In this document: positions 22,808-33,774 of the stretch, piece by piece
Numbering within the stretch: the stretch's first letter is position 1
How the letters are laid out: each line of letters opens with the position of its first letter
Assembly: GCF_000143415.4 (NCBI RefSeq)
Contig: NW_003314331.1
Location: 103,222 to 167,221 of the forward strand
Source: Selaginella moellendorffii
Taxonomy: Eukaryota; Plantae; Lycopodiophyta
Direction of reading: 5' to 3'
DNA length: 64,000 nucleotides
Position numbers and translations under genes: made by a program
The notes under the pieces: generated by a model
What the model saw: only the letters and a program-made list of their open reading frames with translations
The model's database searches: none
What the model was told of the DNA's origin: nothing

Positions 22808-24183
22808 GAGGAGAGAGGACGTGCGATTATTTTTGCTCCCCCAAGGAAGGATAGAGAAGAGATAAGTATTTTTTCTTGGATTGGATTTAATAAGGTGAGA
22901 GCTTGAAGGAGATCTAGACAAGAGTCTTCGCAGCACGACCCAGAGAAGATCGATGCGATGTTTTCTCGTCGCAGTTAAGAAGCGCGCTCTCTATTGACGG
23001 CTACGCGGATCAATGGATTCGTCTTCGTGCTTGGATGAGAAATCGATGCAGAGACAAGGAAGATCATGGGAAGGAAGCACAAGACATGTTTAAGCGTTCT
23101 TCTCAAAGCCAGAGCGAGCAAGCAAGCGCTTTGAGGTGTGTGTAGAGTTATGAGGCTTCACTTAAGTTAAACTATGGATGTTTGTTTCTCGCTCGTATGT
23201 GTGTACACACGACTACGTATCTTTTCGGAGTTTCGAGGGAATCTCTACAATTGGAAAAAGCAGATGTGTGTTCTTTCTGTGTGAGAAGATCTCTTTAATT
23301 TGAATCAAAGCGTGGGTATAAAGGTTTGCTTTTTGCTCCCTCCATCCACCAGCTTTTGGTTTCCAAAAATTTTTGCTCGTTATCTTTTGATTCGAAAAAA
23401 AGATCATTCCAAAACCTTGTGGAGAACTTTAGGCTCAGTGGAGATGATAAAGGTGGCAAACAATGCCCCATCTAGAGAATATCATACCATAATATCTAAG
23501 AAGTTGTCAACAAAATGATTGTCCAAGAAATGCTATTACCCATATGGTAATAAGATCTATATCTACCTGGCCAGTTGGTGGCCAGGGTGGCCCACGTTGG
23601 GCCAGTTGTGGCCACCGAATTACCCGGGTTATTTTTTTGAAAAATCCGCCAAAAGGATGGGACATCCATGCGCATGGATGTTGGTGACGCGCATGCGCAT
23701 CCATGCCCATCATGTGGGATTAAACATTAAACCGGTTAAACACACCACTAAAACCGCCCACGTTTAACCGAAAGGGTTAAGTTAATCTGGTAGCTTAGCT
23801 TAAGCAACCCTTTAGCTCTAGCTCGAGCTCCAATGTAGGCAGAGGGAGGACGAGAGGTCTTGCGGTGTCACTGCGCGTTTTGTTTCCAGCGCTTGTGTTC
23901 TTCCGCCGATCATTCCCTCGTCGCCGCGGCAGCGCGGGAGGATCCTGGCAGGGCTAGGGCTGCCGGGAATCCGATCGCAAGAAGCAGCGCTGCTCTCCGA
24001 TTATCTCGAGCGGCGCCAAGCAGATAGGGCCAAGGATCTCCACAAAGCTGCCGCCGCTGAGGTACTGCTGCGCGATTGACTGGATTAGAGCGTGGTGTGT
24101 GTCGGCATTGGCATTTCCAGGTGTGTGTGGGGTGCGTGTGATCGATAATCTTGTGATTTGAGGCGTTTTCTTGCAACTCCCTC

Positions 24184-24205
24184 CCTCTCTCTCTCTCTCT
24201 CTCTC
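24184..24205. repeat. (CT)n microsatellite in the RopGAP upstream/leader region
   Basis: Run of ctctctctctctctctctctc. Confidence 0.9.
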
Positions 24206-24723
24206 ACACGCGCACACGATTCTTGGGTTTTTTTTCTCTTTTTTTTCTCTGCTCGAGCAGTGTAACATGTGACTGCTCTCACAGCTCACAAGAAAGCCAA
24301 AAAACGGTGATGGTCACAAATTTCGTCCGCGGGAGAGCACTCTCACAGGATAAAAAAGAGGGCTTCTTTTCTACTGCTGCTCGTCATGGGTCGCGGCATT
24401 TGGGTGTTGGGCAGGTGCTCCCAGGTGAGAGTCTCCTCCTCGTGAGTTTTTTTCGTTTCTTATCTATGGTTTTTATCGTTGTTTACTTGTCTTTGGATCC
24501 CGAGGCTGGGTCTTGGTCTTTTCTGTGATTTCTGCGAGAGATTGAAGGTTCTTGTGTGAGCTTGCTCGGAAGAATTCGCTTCTTTTGCTTGTAAGCTTTT
24601 GGAAAAGACTGTTTTTTGCATGCATGCTTGTTGGTTGTTTAGCTGCTTTTCTTTTCGATATATAGTTCGTTGTTCTAAATCTTGTCTCCTTGTTTTGTAT
24701 CACAGAAGTAGCAGCCTCTTTCG

Positions 24724-26534
24724 ATGCACAGTGATCGTAGACCCACCAAGAAGAACAGCAACGCGAGGCTGGTACTAGTAGCGCAGGGAAATCGCCAAAA
24801 TCTCAAGAAGGAACAGGCTGACGAAGAGTCAAAAGGAGAGAAGGCTCCCAATCTTTCGTCGCCAATGACAATGGCGGATTTACTCACGCACCGGCATTTC
24901 TCTCCAGATATCTTGGAGTCCGATGCTTACAGCATTTCGGGTCTCTCGCCGCCGCTCTTTGTTTCGGATCACAACACCACCGATTCGGAAGAAGGGTCCC
25001 GGTCAGACTCGGGTGTAGTTTCTTCTTCGCCGGTCAATCTTCCCGCTACTCACGCCACAGCAAGAGCGGCCACTGACGGCATGCATTTGTCGCTGGAGTT
25101 TGAAGATCTGGTGATACGTCGGGAGAAGATGAGGCTCCGCGGCGAGCAGCTCGCAGGTGGAGAAGGCGAAGAGGAGGCTAACAGGGAAGAGCTCTCTATG
25201 TTGGCTCTGGTGCTGGACACGCTGAGAAGATCCTTGCTAACATGCAAGGCTTCCGAGGAGGAGGTTGCGTCCATGGATATTGGCTGGCCTACCAACGTCC
25301 GGCATGTAACGCACGTCACATTTGACAGGTTCAATGGCTTTCTCGGCTTGCCGGTGGAGTTTGAGATCGAGATCCCCCGAAGAGTTCCCAGTGCAAGGTT
25401 CGTTCCTGGCGTTTGTTTTAGCTGTTTACTTATGCTGTTTTGTTTTGTTTTTTTTTTCTCGTGTATCAGTGCCAGTGTTTTCGGTGTCTCTCCAGAGTCG
25501 ATGCAATGCTCTTATGATTCCAAAGGCAACAGCGTTCCGACCATTTTGCTGCTCATGCAGGAAAGGCTTTACAGCCAGGGGGGCCTTAAGGTCTGTGATT
25601 CTTTGTTTTCCTCTTCTCTTGACGTGAGTCTTTGTCGGTGTCCAGGCGGAAGGAATTTTCAGAATAAACGCCGAAAACAGCCACGAAGAAATCGTACGGG
25701 AGCAGCTCAACCGTGGGATCGTCCCACACGATATTGATCTTCACTGCCTAGCTGGTCTCATCAAGGTATGAAAACAGCACGCACTTCCGTTAGTCTGAAA
25801 CTATAAAGGCTCTGTCTCAGGCATGGTTCCGTGAGCTTCCTAAGGGGGTCCTCGACACTTTAACGCCCGAGCAAGTGATGCAGTGCCACAACGAGGAGCA
25901 ATGTGTTGAGCTCGTGAAGTTGCTGCCTCCGACGCAAGCAGCTCTTCTAGACTGGGCGCTGAATCTCATGGCCGACGTCGCCCAGGAGGAGGCGTCAAAC
26001 AAGATGAACTCCCGGAACATCGCAATGGTTTTTGCTCCCAACATGACTCAGGTACGTTCCTCTTTCATTTGGTTCTTGGTTTTTGTTTTGTTTTCTGTAA
26101 TGTATTTCCTTTTGCTGTCCCAGATGGCGGATCCACTAACAGCACTCATGCACGCTGTACAAGTGATGAACATTCTAAAGACGCTGATTGTGAGGACGCT
26201 ACGGGACAGGCAAGAGGCTGTGCTCGATCCAGGCCCTGCACCGTCTTTGCCGAGTAACAAGGACGAAGATGACGACCAGCAGCACTGTGGGAGTGGACTG
26301 ATTGACAAGGCAACTTCGGCAGAAGAAGAGTACGATGACTACAGGCAACACCAACAACAGCAGCAGGAGCAAGAGGAGCTGGATCAAAATCACCGTCACC
26401 ACCATCTTCACAATCACCATCAGCAGCAGCAACAGGTGATGATGCTCCACGCGAAGCAAAAGAAAATCCGGTCTGCCGCGCCGAGGCTGCTCAACAGAAT
26501 AGACAAGCAAAGCGAGAGGGCCGAAGCCTGGTAA
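24724..26534 (+). CDS. CRIB-domain Rho GTPase-activating protein (RopGAP), multi-exon
   Basis: CRIB MDIGWPTNVRHVTHVTFDRFNGFLGLP; SASVFGVSPESMQCSYDSKGNSVPTILLLMQ; AEGIFRINAEN; AWFRELP; NKMNSRNIAMVFAPNMTQ; poly-Q/H tail; ends ERAEAW. True start may be ATG 24865 or 24871. Confidence 0.95.
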
Positions 26535-26750
26535 GAACAAACTTTTGCTCGTTCTTACCATCGCTTTGCACAGATTGTTGTACCATAGCTAGCCAGTCGA
26601 TCGCCAACAGCCGTTTGTAAAATAATCTGGCTGCTCGCTCGGTTCTCTCGAGTCTAACTTTAGTACCTTTTTTTCTCCTTATAAAACTTACATTTTGGTT
26701 TTGCAAAGCCAGAGTTCTAGGAAGACGAAAGAGAGAAGAAGAAGAAGATA

Positions 26751-27149
26751 ATGGCGGACGAGCGAGAGTGGCTGGACGCTTGCTTGTTTTTGAGCAAAGG
26801 GCCATCGTTGGCGATGGAGTTTCTGGACGAGGAAGCTCGCGTGATGCTGTGGGCTTACTGGGAGCAAGCTCTGGAGGGTCCGGCGGAGGAGCTCTCGCAG
26901 GAACAGGGGATGAGCGATGAGAGGGCGAGGAAGCGGAGGGAGGCGAGGAGGAGGCTGGGAGAGATGCCCAAGTCGGAGGCGAGGAGAAAATTGGTGGGGT
27001 TACTGTCGAGTGTGGTTCCCGAGTGGCGAGAGTGGTGTAGAGAGCATGGCGAGAGGATCCGGGAGGAGCAAAGGAGTGGCGGCGAGGCACAAAAGCTGCT
27101 GAGAGCGTTTAGCTTGAAAACCGGGATTAAATTGTCGCCTAAGTTGTGA
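26751..27149 (+). CDS. Divergent acyl-CoA-binding-domain (ACBP-like) protein with C-terminal PTS1-like PKL
   Basis: LWAYWEQALEGP ~ LYxLYKQATxGP; ARKRREARRRLGEMPKSEARRKLVGLLSSVVPEW ~ RAKWDAWxxLxGMSKEEAMxxYVxxVxxxxPxW; ends GIKLSPKL*. Confidence 0.72.
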   Translation: MADEREWLDACLFLSKGPSLAMEFLDEEARVMLWAYWEQALEGPAEELSQEQGMSDERARKRREARRRLGEMPKSEARRKLVGLLSSVVPEWREWCREHGERIREEQRSGGEAQKLLRAFSLKTGIKLSPKL

Positions 27150-27309
27150 ATCAGTCTCAGCTAAAAGTGACAAAGTAAAACTTGTTAAGAACCCTAAAAT
27201 CTATTTATTTATGAATGCCGAGACAAAGTTTAGAAAAAGGGTAATATGTGATTTTGCACATGCCTTCTATGCATCATTATATTGTGTGATTTGTTGTTAG
27301 TTTGAAATG

Positions 27310-27860
27310 ATTAATTTAAAATGGATTAAAGTGTGCAAAAATGATTTTTCCTTAAATTTTTTTTTAAATTTAATCTAAGTAAACAATCTTACCAAATTGT
27401 TAAAATTTTATAAAGTGTACATCAATTTTTTTTTGGATATTAAGAAAACAAAAATAATGTACTTTATGTGTGCAATAAGATAGTGATTTATCCATTTAAC
27501 AAAATTAATTAGGAATGTCTTCAAATGTTACTTACAGAACTAAAATCAGTAAATTTCTTTACTCTATGATTTTTTTGTGAAGATGGAAAAGCTTTAATTT
27601 TTAAAGTATTTCTAAAATACAAGCAATATTGTTATTTTTGTTTAAACTATAAACTAGTGTTCAAATAAATTTGTATTAGGGACAAATTAAGTTTTTTGGA
27701 CATAAAGTTGTAGTTTAAACAAAAATAAAAAACTAATAGTGTTTTAATAACACTTTAAAAATCAAACCTTTTTTATCCTCACTAAAAAATCTTTAAACTT
27801 TAGTTCGTTAAACAAACTTCCAAAATATTTCTAATTAATTCTCTCACACAGATAAATTAG
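27310..27860. mobile_element. AT-rich foldback/MITE-like element, same family as 44430-46300, cut by an LTR insertion
   Basis: Arm at about 27500-27652 is an imperfect reverse complement of about 27711-27860 (tttttgtttaaacta / tagtttaaacaaaaa); it also matches the units at 44.5-46.3 kb. Confidence 0.65.
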
Positions 27861-29341
27861 TGTTGTGAATGCATGGAATATGGAAAGGGAATACAGAAAT
27901 GTGTATATCAATTAGCCCAAAAACCCTAGCTTATATACAGGAGTGAGTGGTTCAGATTGAAACCAATTTGACGGCTACCAAAACCCCATTACGCTAATAT
28001 TAGTATACGGCATCGTAGCCGTACACTTGGCCCTCACATCATCCCCTCCTCTTGGAATAATGGAAGACCATCAGAGTTCTTTTGTAGATGGGCCAGGATA
28101 TGGAGGAACATCAGAAGGAGGCATCAGTGGATCTATAGGTGGTATTAATTATTCCTGATCCCTTTGTATGAAGCGTTTCAACCGCTGCACATGCACAATC
28201 TCTGGAGGATTGGCCTGCTGGACGTCATGCCAAACCTCATAAACTTGTGGTCCAACTTGCCGCAACACCCGATACAGTCCTTTCCACTGCACAAGGAGCC
28301 CCTTAGATAAACCACATACTGTAAGATGGGGAAAATGAATTAACACTAAATCATCCACTATGTACTCCACAAGTGAATGATGATGGGAGTTGTACTGCCG
28401 TTGTTGTCCCACTTGTATGCGGCCTAAGTGTTCGGCAGACTCCACTCGGACAAGTGGAAGAATGCTCGTCAAATACTGATCCCACGACCTAGCATCCACA
28501 GTTCGTGACTATTGCGAAGGTAAACCTAGCTCCATTGGTAATATTGGATTATGACCATATAGAAGTTTATATGGTGAAGCACCAATAGAACTCTGCACTT
28601 CTGTAACATATGCATACCGAAGAGACGGCAAATAACCATCCCAATCCGAATGTTGAAAGTTCACATATTTCGCAATCATCCCCTTGAATGTCCGAACGAG
28701 CCGTTCCACCAGACCATTTGATTGTGGATGATAAGCACTCGTGAAAGTGTGGCGTATCCCCAATTGAGACGTCAAAACATGAAATGCCTCAGCCATAAAT
28801 GCAGGACCATTTTTCAAAAGAATCCGCTCTGGACAAAAATGCTAGAACACCACTCGATTGAGGAGGAAGTATCCAACAGCAGTTGCAAAGGCACTAGCAA
28901 GAGCACCAACTTCCACCCAACGAGTCAAGTAGTCAGAAGCAATAATAACATACTCATTGCCAGTAGTCAACCGTGAAAAAGGTCCCATAAGATCAAACAC
29001 TACCAACACAAACGGATGGGAAACTGCAATTGACTCCAACCGTCCTTCCATAGCCCAAGGGGGAGTATTACAAGCTTGGCACTAAACGCAGCTACACACA
29101 TACCGGATAATATCATGTCACATCTCCGGCCAAGAGAAAGACCTGCACAACTTCTCGGTTACACGACGATGTCCCATATGCCCACCTAGAACAGGAGAAT
29201 CATGGTAGGCATGGAGAAACTGCGGAATAAAGATAGAAGGCACCACCAGCCTTAAATAATCATCAGGATTCGTCCCCACAAAATAAAGAAGACGGTCTTC
29301 AAGGCGATATTGAAAATATAAATGCCGGAAAGGCAAGTCAT
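27861..29341 (-). mobile_element. Ty3/gypsy LTR retrotransposon 3' remnant: degenerate integrase, PPT and 178-bp 3' LTR
   Basis: LTR 27861-28038 with TG...CA ends; PPT AGAGGAGGGGATGA at 28039-28052; integrase fragments HDSPVLGGHMG...C-x2-C, DLMGPF...DYLTRWVE, NGPAF...SAYHPQSNGLVER, VHVQRLKRF, with stops and frameshifts. Confidence 0.92.
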
Positions 29342-32227
29342 TGTGAGACACAAATCCCTAAGCCCCAAAATGGAGCTAAAAGAGTGCCATGTGGTAGTGG
29401 CCGAAGCGAAGGCCAAACGAGCATAACACGTTTGGACTAAAATCTCTGACTTGAAAGATTGAGAGCGGGAGTGGAACTCCCAATGAAGTGCTCGAGGAAC
29501 AAGCATGAAGCAAGCAATAAATGAGTCTTTAGAAAAGGGACACAAGAGGACCAAAACATGACATATGGAGAAGTCTGAGATGGACGATGGACCCGAGACA
29601 GAGTTCGAGATGGAGTCCGAGATGGACCGAGATGGAGTCTGAGATGGACCGAGATGGAGTCTGAGATGGACCCGAGACGGAGTCCGAGATGGACTGAGAT
29701 GGAGTCCGAGATGGACCAGAGATGGAGCTTGAGATGGAATCCAAGATGGAGTCCGAGAAGGACCTGAGATGGAGTCCGAAGTCGAGACCGAGACCGAGAC
29801 CGGGACCGAGGCCGAGACCGAGGCCGAGGCCGAGATTGAGCCCAAGCCCGAGTCCAAGTCCAAGTTTGAGTCCGAGTCCAAGTTCAAGTCTGAGAGGGTG
29901 AAAGCCCAAAGCGTTCGTCTTCCAAACCCTAGGGGGTTTGGTGAGCTCCAAAAGTATAGTAGGGGGGAGGACTCCAGTGGAGCTAGTTTGGCCAGGAAAG
30001 GCTAGTTTAGCCCAAGAAGGTTATATCCAGGTGTTGGGTGACGGGATAACCACTGGGAGGTCTAAGGCTAGAGTGAATATGGACTGTCAAGCAGGGTAAC
30101 TTAGTGAAGTGTTCAAGAGCTAGCTCTAGCTCCCCCGGGAGATCGAATGGTCAATGCTCCCAGTCTAAGTGTGGGTGGCACTACCTACTTGGATACCTGA
30201 TGTGGCTCAATGGAACCTCGCTCTAAGCCCATAGCTAGAGCACCTAAAGGCAGAAGGTGGGGAGAGTACCCACAGGGTTCGTGTAGGGCCACGGTGTTTC
30301 GAAATGTTGTCCCGAACTCCCAAATGGGGGAAAGGAGGAGGAGTAATCCTCTAATGTAGTGACTAAGGATACGGTCACATGGTGAGGAAGTCCCAGAGGA
30401 CAATGGGACTTAGTGGCTAGGCCTGCAAGCTTTGATTTAGTGGCAGTGTTAGCAAACATAGCCATGGACGGAAAAGGGACTTGGTAGGACTGACAAAGGG
30501 ATATTGGGGAAGGCTATTCCCCATGTCTGTGGGCATCCTAAGGATGCTAAGGAGTGGATCTGGGATGACCACTCGTGAACGGATGGCCTAGTCTTGGAGA
30601 GACGGGATTGTGATGCAAGTGGTATCGGACCACCAGTGCGGCAAAGGTGAATGGGCATGGCATTAGTGTAACAGGCTGATATGTCAGTGGTACCTTTGGG
30701 TGTCGGTCTTGGGACCGGACACGTGGAGCACTTGGACCAAGTGCAAGGGATGAGTGGCATGGATGCCATTCTCGGGGCTAGCAAGTCCCAAGTCCTAAAT
30801 TGGACTTAAGGAGGTTGTGAATGAGACTCCTCCAAGTAGTCGGAAGTGTGGTTAAATGACTAAAGTAGAATGGAAAATTTAGTCGCTTACAATTTGGTAT
30901 CGGAGCTGTTCCTTAGTCTGACTTTTATTGGTGCTCATGTATATCACCACTGGTGTTGGCATCGGAAGGTTCTAGGAGTGGGCCTATCTGTGAGGAGTAG
31001 CAGGTTGGGAAGACATGGCTATCCACTACAGTTCATGTGTGAACTTGTAGGTGAGGTGATGGATAGAAAAGGGCTAATAATGGAATGACTTCGGGATCTT
31101 GGGAACAATATATAGTTTTCCTCAAAGAGTTGAGGATGTGATCCAGATGAATGTTTGACTCAGCAAATAGGCTAATGTAGTTGTGGTAAACAACTATAGT
31201 TGGGATCATGGGAAAAATAAAGACTCCAAAACAATAAAGGAGTCACAAGATTATCCTCATATAGTTGAGGTTGGTGCTCATGAATTTGAGACCAAAACTA
31301 AGGATTGTGGAAGGTCAAATACGGAAGAGGACACAAGTCCTTGAAATGGTAGCTGAGGCTACCCTTGATAAATGCTAGAACAACGCAAGGAGTTGGGGGT
31401 GTACTTTGAGGATGAGTTGGTATTCTCATTACATGGACAAGTAGTCCTAAAGGGCAAAGGTTGTCCCCAAGGAACAACATCAAGTGTTTGAGTGACACTT
31501 GCAAAGATGGTCCTTGTGAGTAGGACATGAATATAAGAAGTTGTATTCCAATGAACTAGCACTTTAAATAAGACCTTATGGGTCATTGAATTTTAAAGTC
31601 CAAAAATGCTAAATGACTTAAGTAGAGTCAAGGAATGGCCCTAAGGGATTGCTAAAAACATTTGGACTGAGGTGTGTTGTGCCCCACAAAGGTTGGGGAG
31701 GATCATAGGATCCAAGTATGAGAACAGTGAGTATCTCATCGATGGCAGAATGTGCCATACTAAAGTTGTGGGGAAGGTGTTCCTAAAAGAAAACAACTTT
31801 GACATAAAGTTATGAGTAAACTCTATGGTGCAGTGCTAATGGATAGTTGGCATGAGAAAGAACTGTATTGGTCTTGGCAAGGACCTAAACACAAATGAGA
31901 AGTATCATAAAGGTAGGCTCGTGGAGCCGATGGTGTGGAGACACCAAATGTGCCAAGGCATAATGCCTTAAGGTGAGTTGGCGGGCTCACGAGAATGTGA
32001 GACACAAAATCCCTAGGCCCCAAAGTGGAGTCGGAAAGGGTGCCACGTGGTAGTGGCTGAAGCGAGAGCCAAACGAGCGTAACACGTTTGGACCAAAAGC
32101 TCCGACTTGAAAAGTCAAGAGCGGGAGTGGAACTCCCAACGAAGTGCTCGAGGAACGAGCACGAAGCGAGCAAAAGGCGAGGCTCCAAAAAGGGACCCAA
32201 AAGGACCAACACATGACACGTGGGAGT

Positions 32228-32757
32228 GTCCGAGATGGACTTGAGTTGGAGTCCGAAGTGGAGTCCGAGATGGACCCAAGTTGGAGTCCAAAGTGGAGTC
32301 CGAGATGGAGTCCGAAGTGGAGTCCGAGGTGGACCCGAGATGGACCCGAGTTGGAGTCCGAAGTGGAGTCCGAGATGGACCCGAGTTGGAGTCCGAAGTG
32401 GAGTTCGAGATGGACCCGAGATGGAGTCCGAGATGGAGTCCGAAGTGGAGTCTGAGGTGGACCCGAGATGGACCCGAGTTGGAGTCCGAAGTGGAGTCCG
32501 AGATGGACCCGAGATGGAGTCCAAGATGGAGTCCGAGATGGACCCGAGATGGAGTTCGAGATGGAGTCCGAGATGGAGTCCGAGATGGAGTCCGAAGTTG
32601 AGACCGAGACCGGGACCGAGACCGGGACCGAGACCGAGACCGAGATCGGGACCGAGACCGAGACCGAGGCCGAGGCCGAGACCGAGCCCAAGCCCGAGTC
32701 CGAGTCCGAATCCGAGTCCGAGTCCGAGTCCGAGTCCGAGTCCGAGTCCGAGTCCGG
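32228..32757. repeat. Compound minisatellite inside the LTR: 12-mer GAGATGGAGTCC variants, then 6-mers GAGACC and GAGTCC; copies at about 29575-29890 and 38103-38643
   Basis: Directly visible tandem arrays; they produce the low-complexity ORFs in all six frames. Confidence 0.95.
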
Positions 32758-33762
32758 AGCTTGAGAGGGTGAAAGCCCAAAGCGTTCGTCTCCCAGACCC
32801 TGGGGGGTTTGGTGAGCTCCAAAAGTATAGTAGGGGGAGGACTGCAGTGGAGCCAGTTTGGCCAGGAAAGGCCAGTTTGGCCCAGGAAGGCCGGACCCAG
32901 TGTTGGGTGATGAGCTGCCCACTGGGAAGTCCAAGACTAGAGTGAACACGGACCGACAAGCGGGGTAGCTTGGTGAAGTGTTCAAGAGCCGGCTCTAGTT
33001 CCCCCGGGAGATCGACTGGCCGATGCTCCCAGTCCAAGTGTGGGTGGCACTACCTACTTGGATACCTGGTGTGGCTCAACGGAACCCGCTCTAAGCCCAT
33101 GGCTAGAGCACCCAAGAGTAGAAGGCGAGGAGAGTACCCAGGTGGCTCGCGTAAGGCCACGGTGTTCCGAAATGTTGTCCCAAAGGCCCAGACTGTGGAA
33201 AGGAAGAGGAGCAGTCCTCTGGGGTAGTGACCAAGGACACAGTCACACAGTGAGGAAGTCCTAGAGGATAGTGGGACTTAGTGGTCGGGCCAGTGGGCCT
33301 CGATCTAGTGGCAGTGTTGGCGAACACAGCCAAGGACAGAAAGGGACTTGGTGGGAACCGGAACAGAGATATTGGGGAAGGCTATTCCCCATGTCTGTAG
33401 GCATCCTAAGGATGTTAAGGAGTGGATCTGGGATGATCACACATGGATGGATGACCCAGTCTTTGAGAGACGGGATTGGAATGTAGGTGGTGTTGGACCA
33501 CCAGTGTGACCGAGGTAAATGGGCATGGCCTTAGCGTAACGGGCCGATATGTCGGTGGTACCTTGGGGTGTCGATCATGGGATCGGACACGTGGAGCACT
33601 TGGACCAAGTGCTAAGGTTGAGTGGCATGGATGCCATTCTCGGGGCTAGCAAGCCCCAAGTCCTGAGTTGGGCTTATGGAGGTTGTGAATGAGACTCCTC
33701 CAAGTGGTCGGAGGTGTGGTTAAGTGACTAAAGTAGAATGGAAAAATTAGTCGCTTACAACT

Positions 33763-33774
33763 TGGTATCGGAGC
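33763..33774 (+). promoter_or_regulatory. Primer-binding site complementary to initiator tRNA-Met (one mismatch)
   Basis: TGGTATCGGAGC versus canonical TGGTATCAGAGC, 3 nt after the LTR end; same variant at 30895. Confidence 0.88.

Noticed and set aside
31823-33037. Long ORFs (200-400 aa) with RS, SD, GL and RD repeats here and at 29252-30005 and 37770-38924, resembling SR or SdrD-like proteins
   Set aside because: They arise from the stop-free 6/12-bp minisatellite inside the LTRs and are open in all frames on both strands
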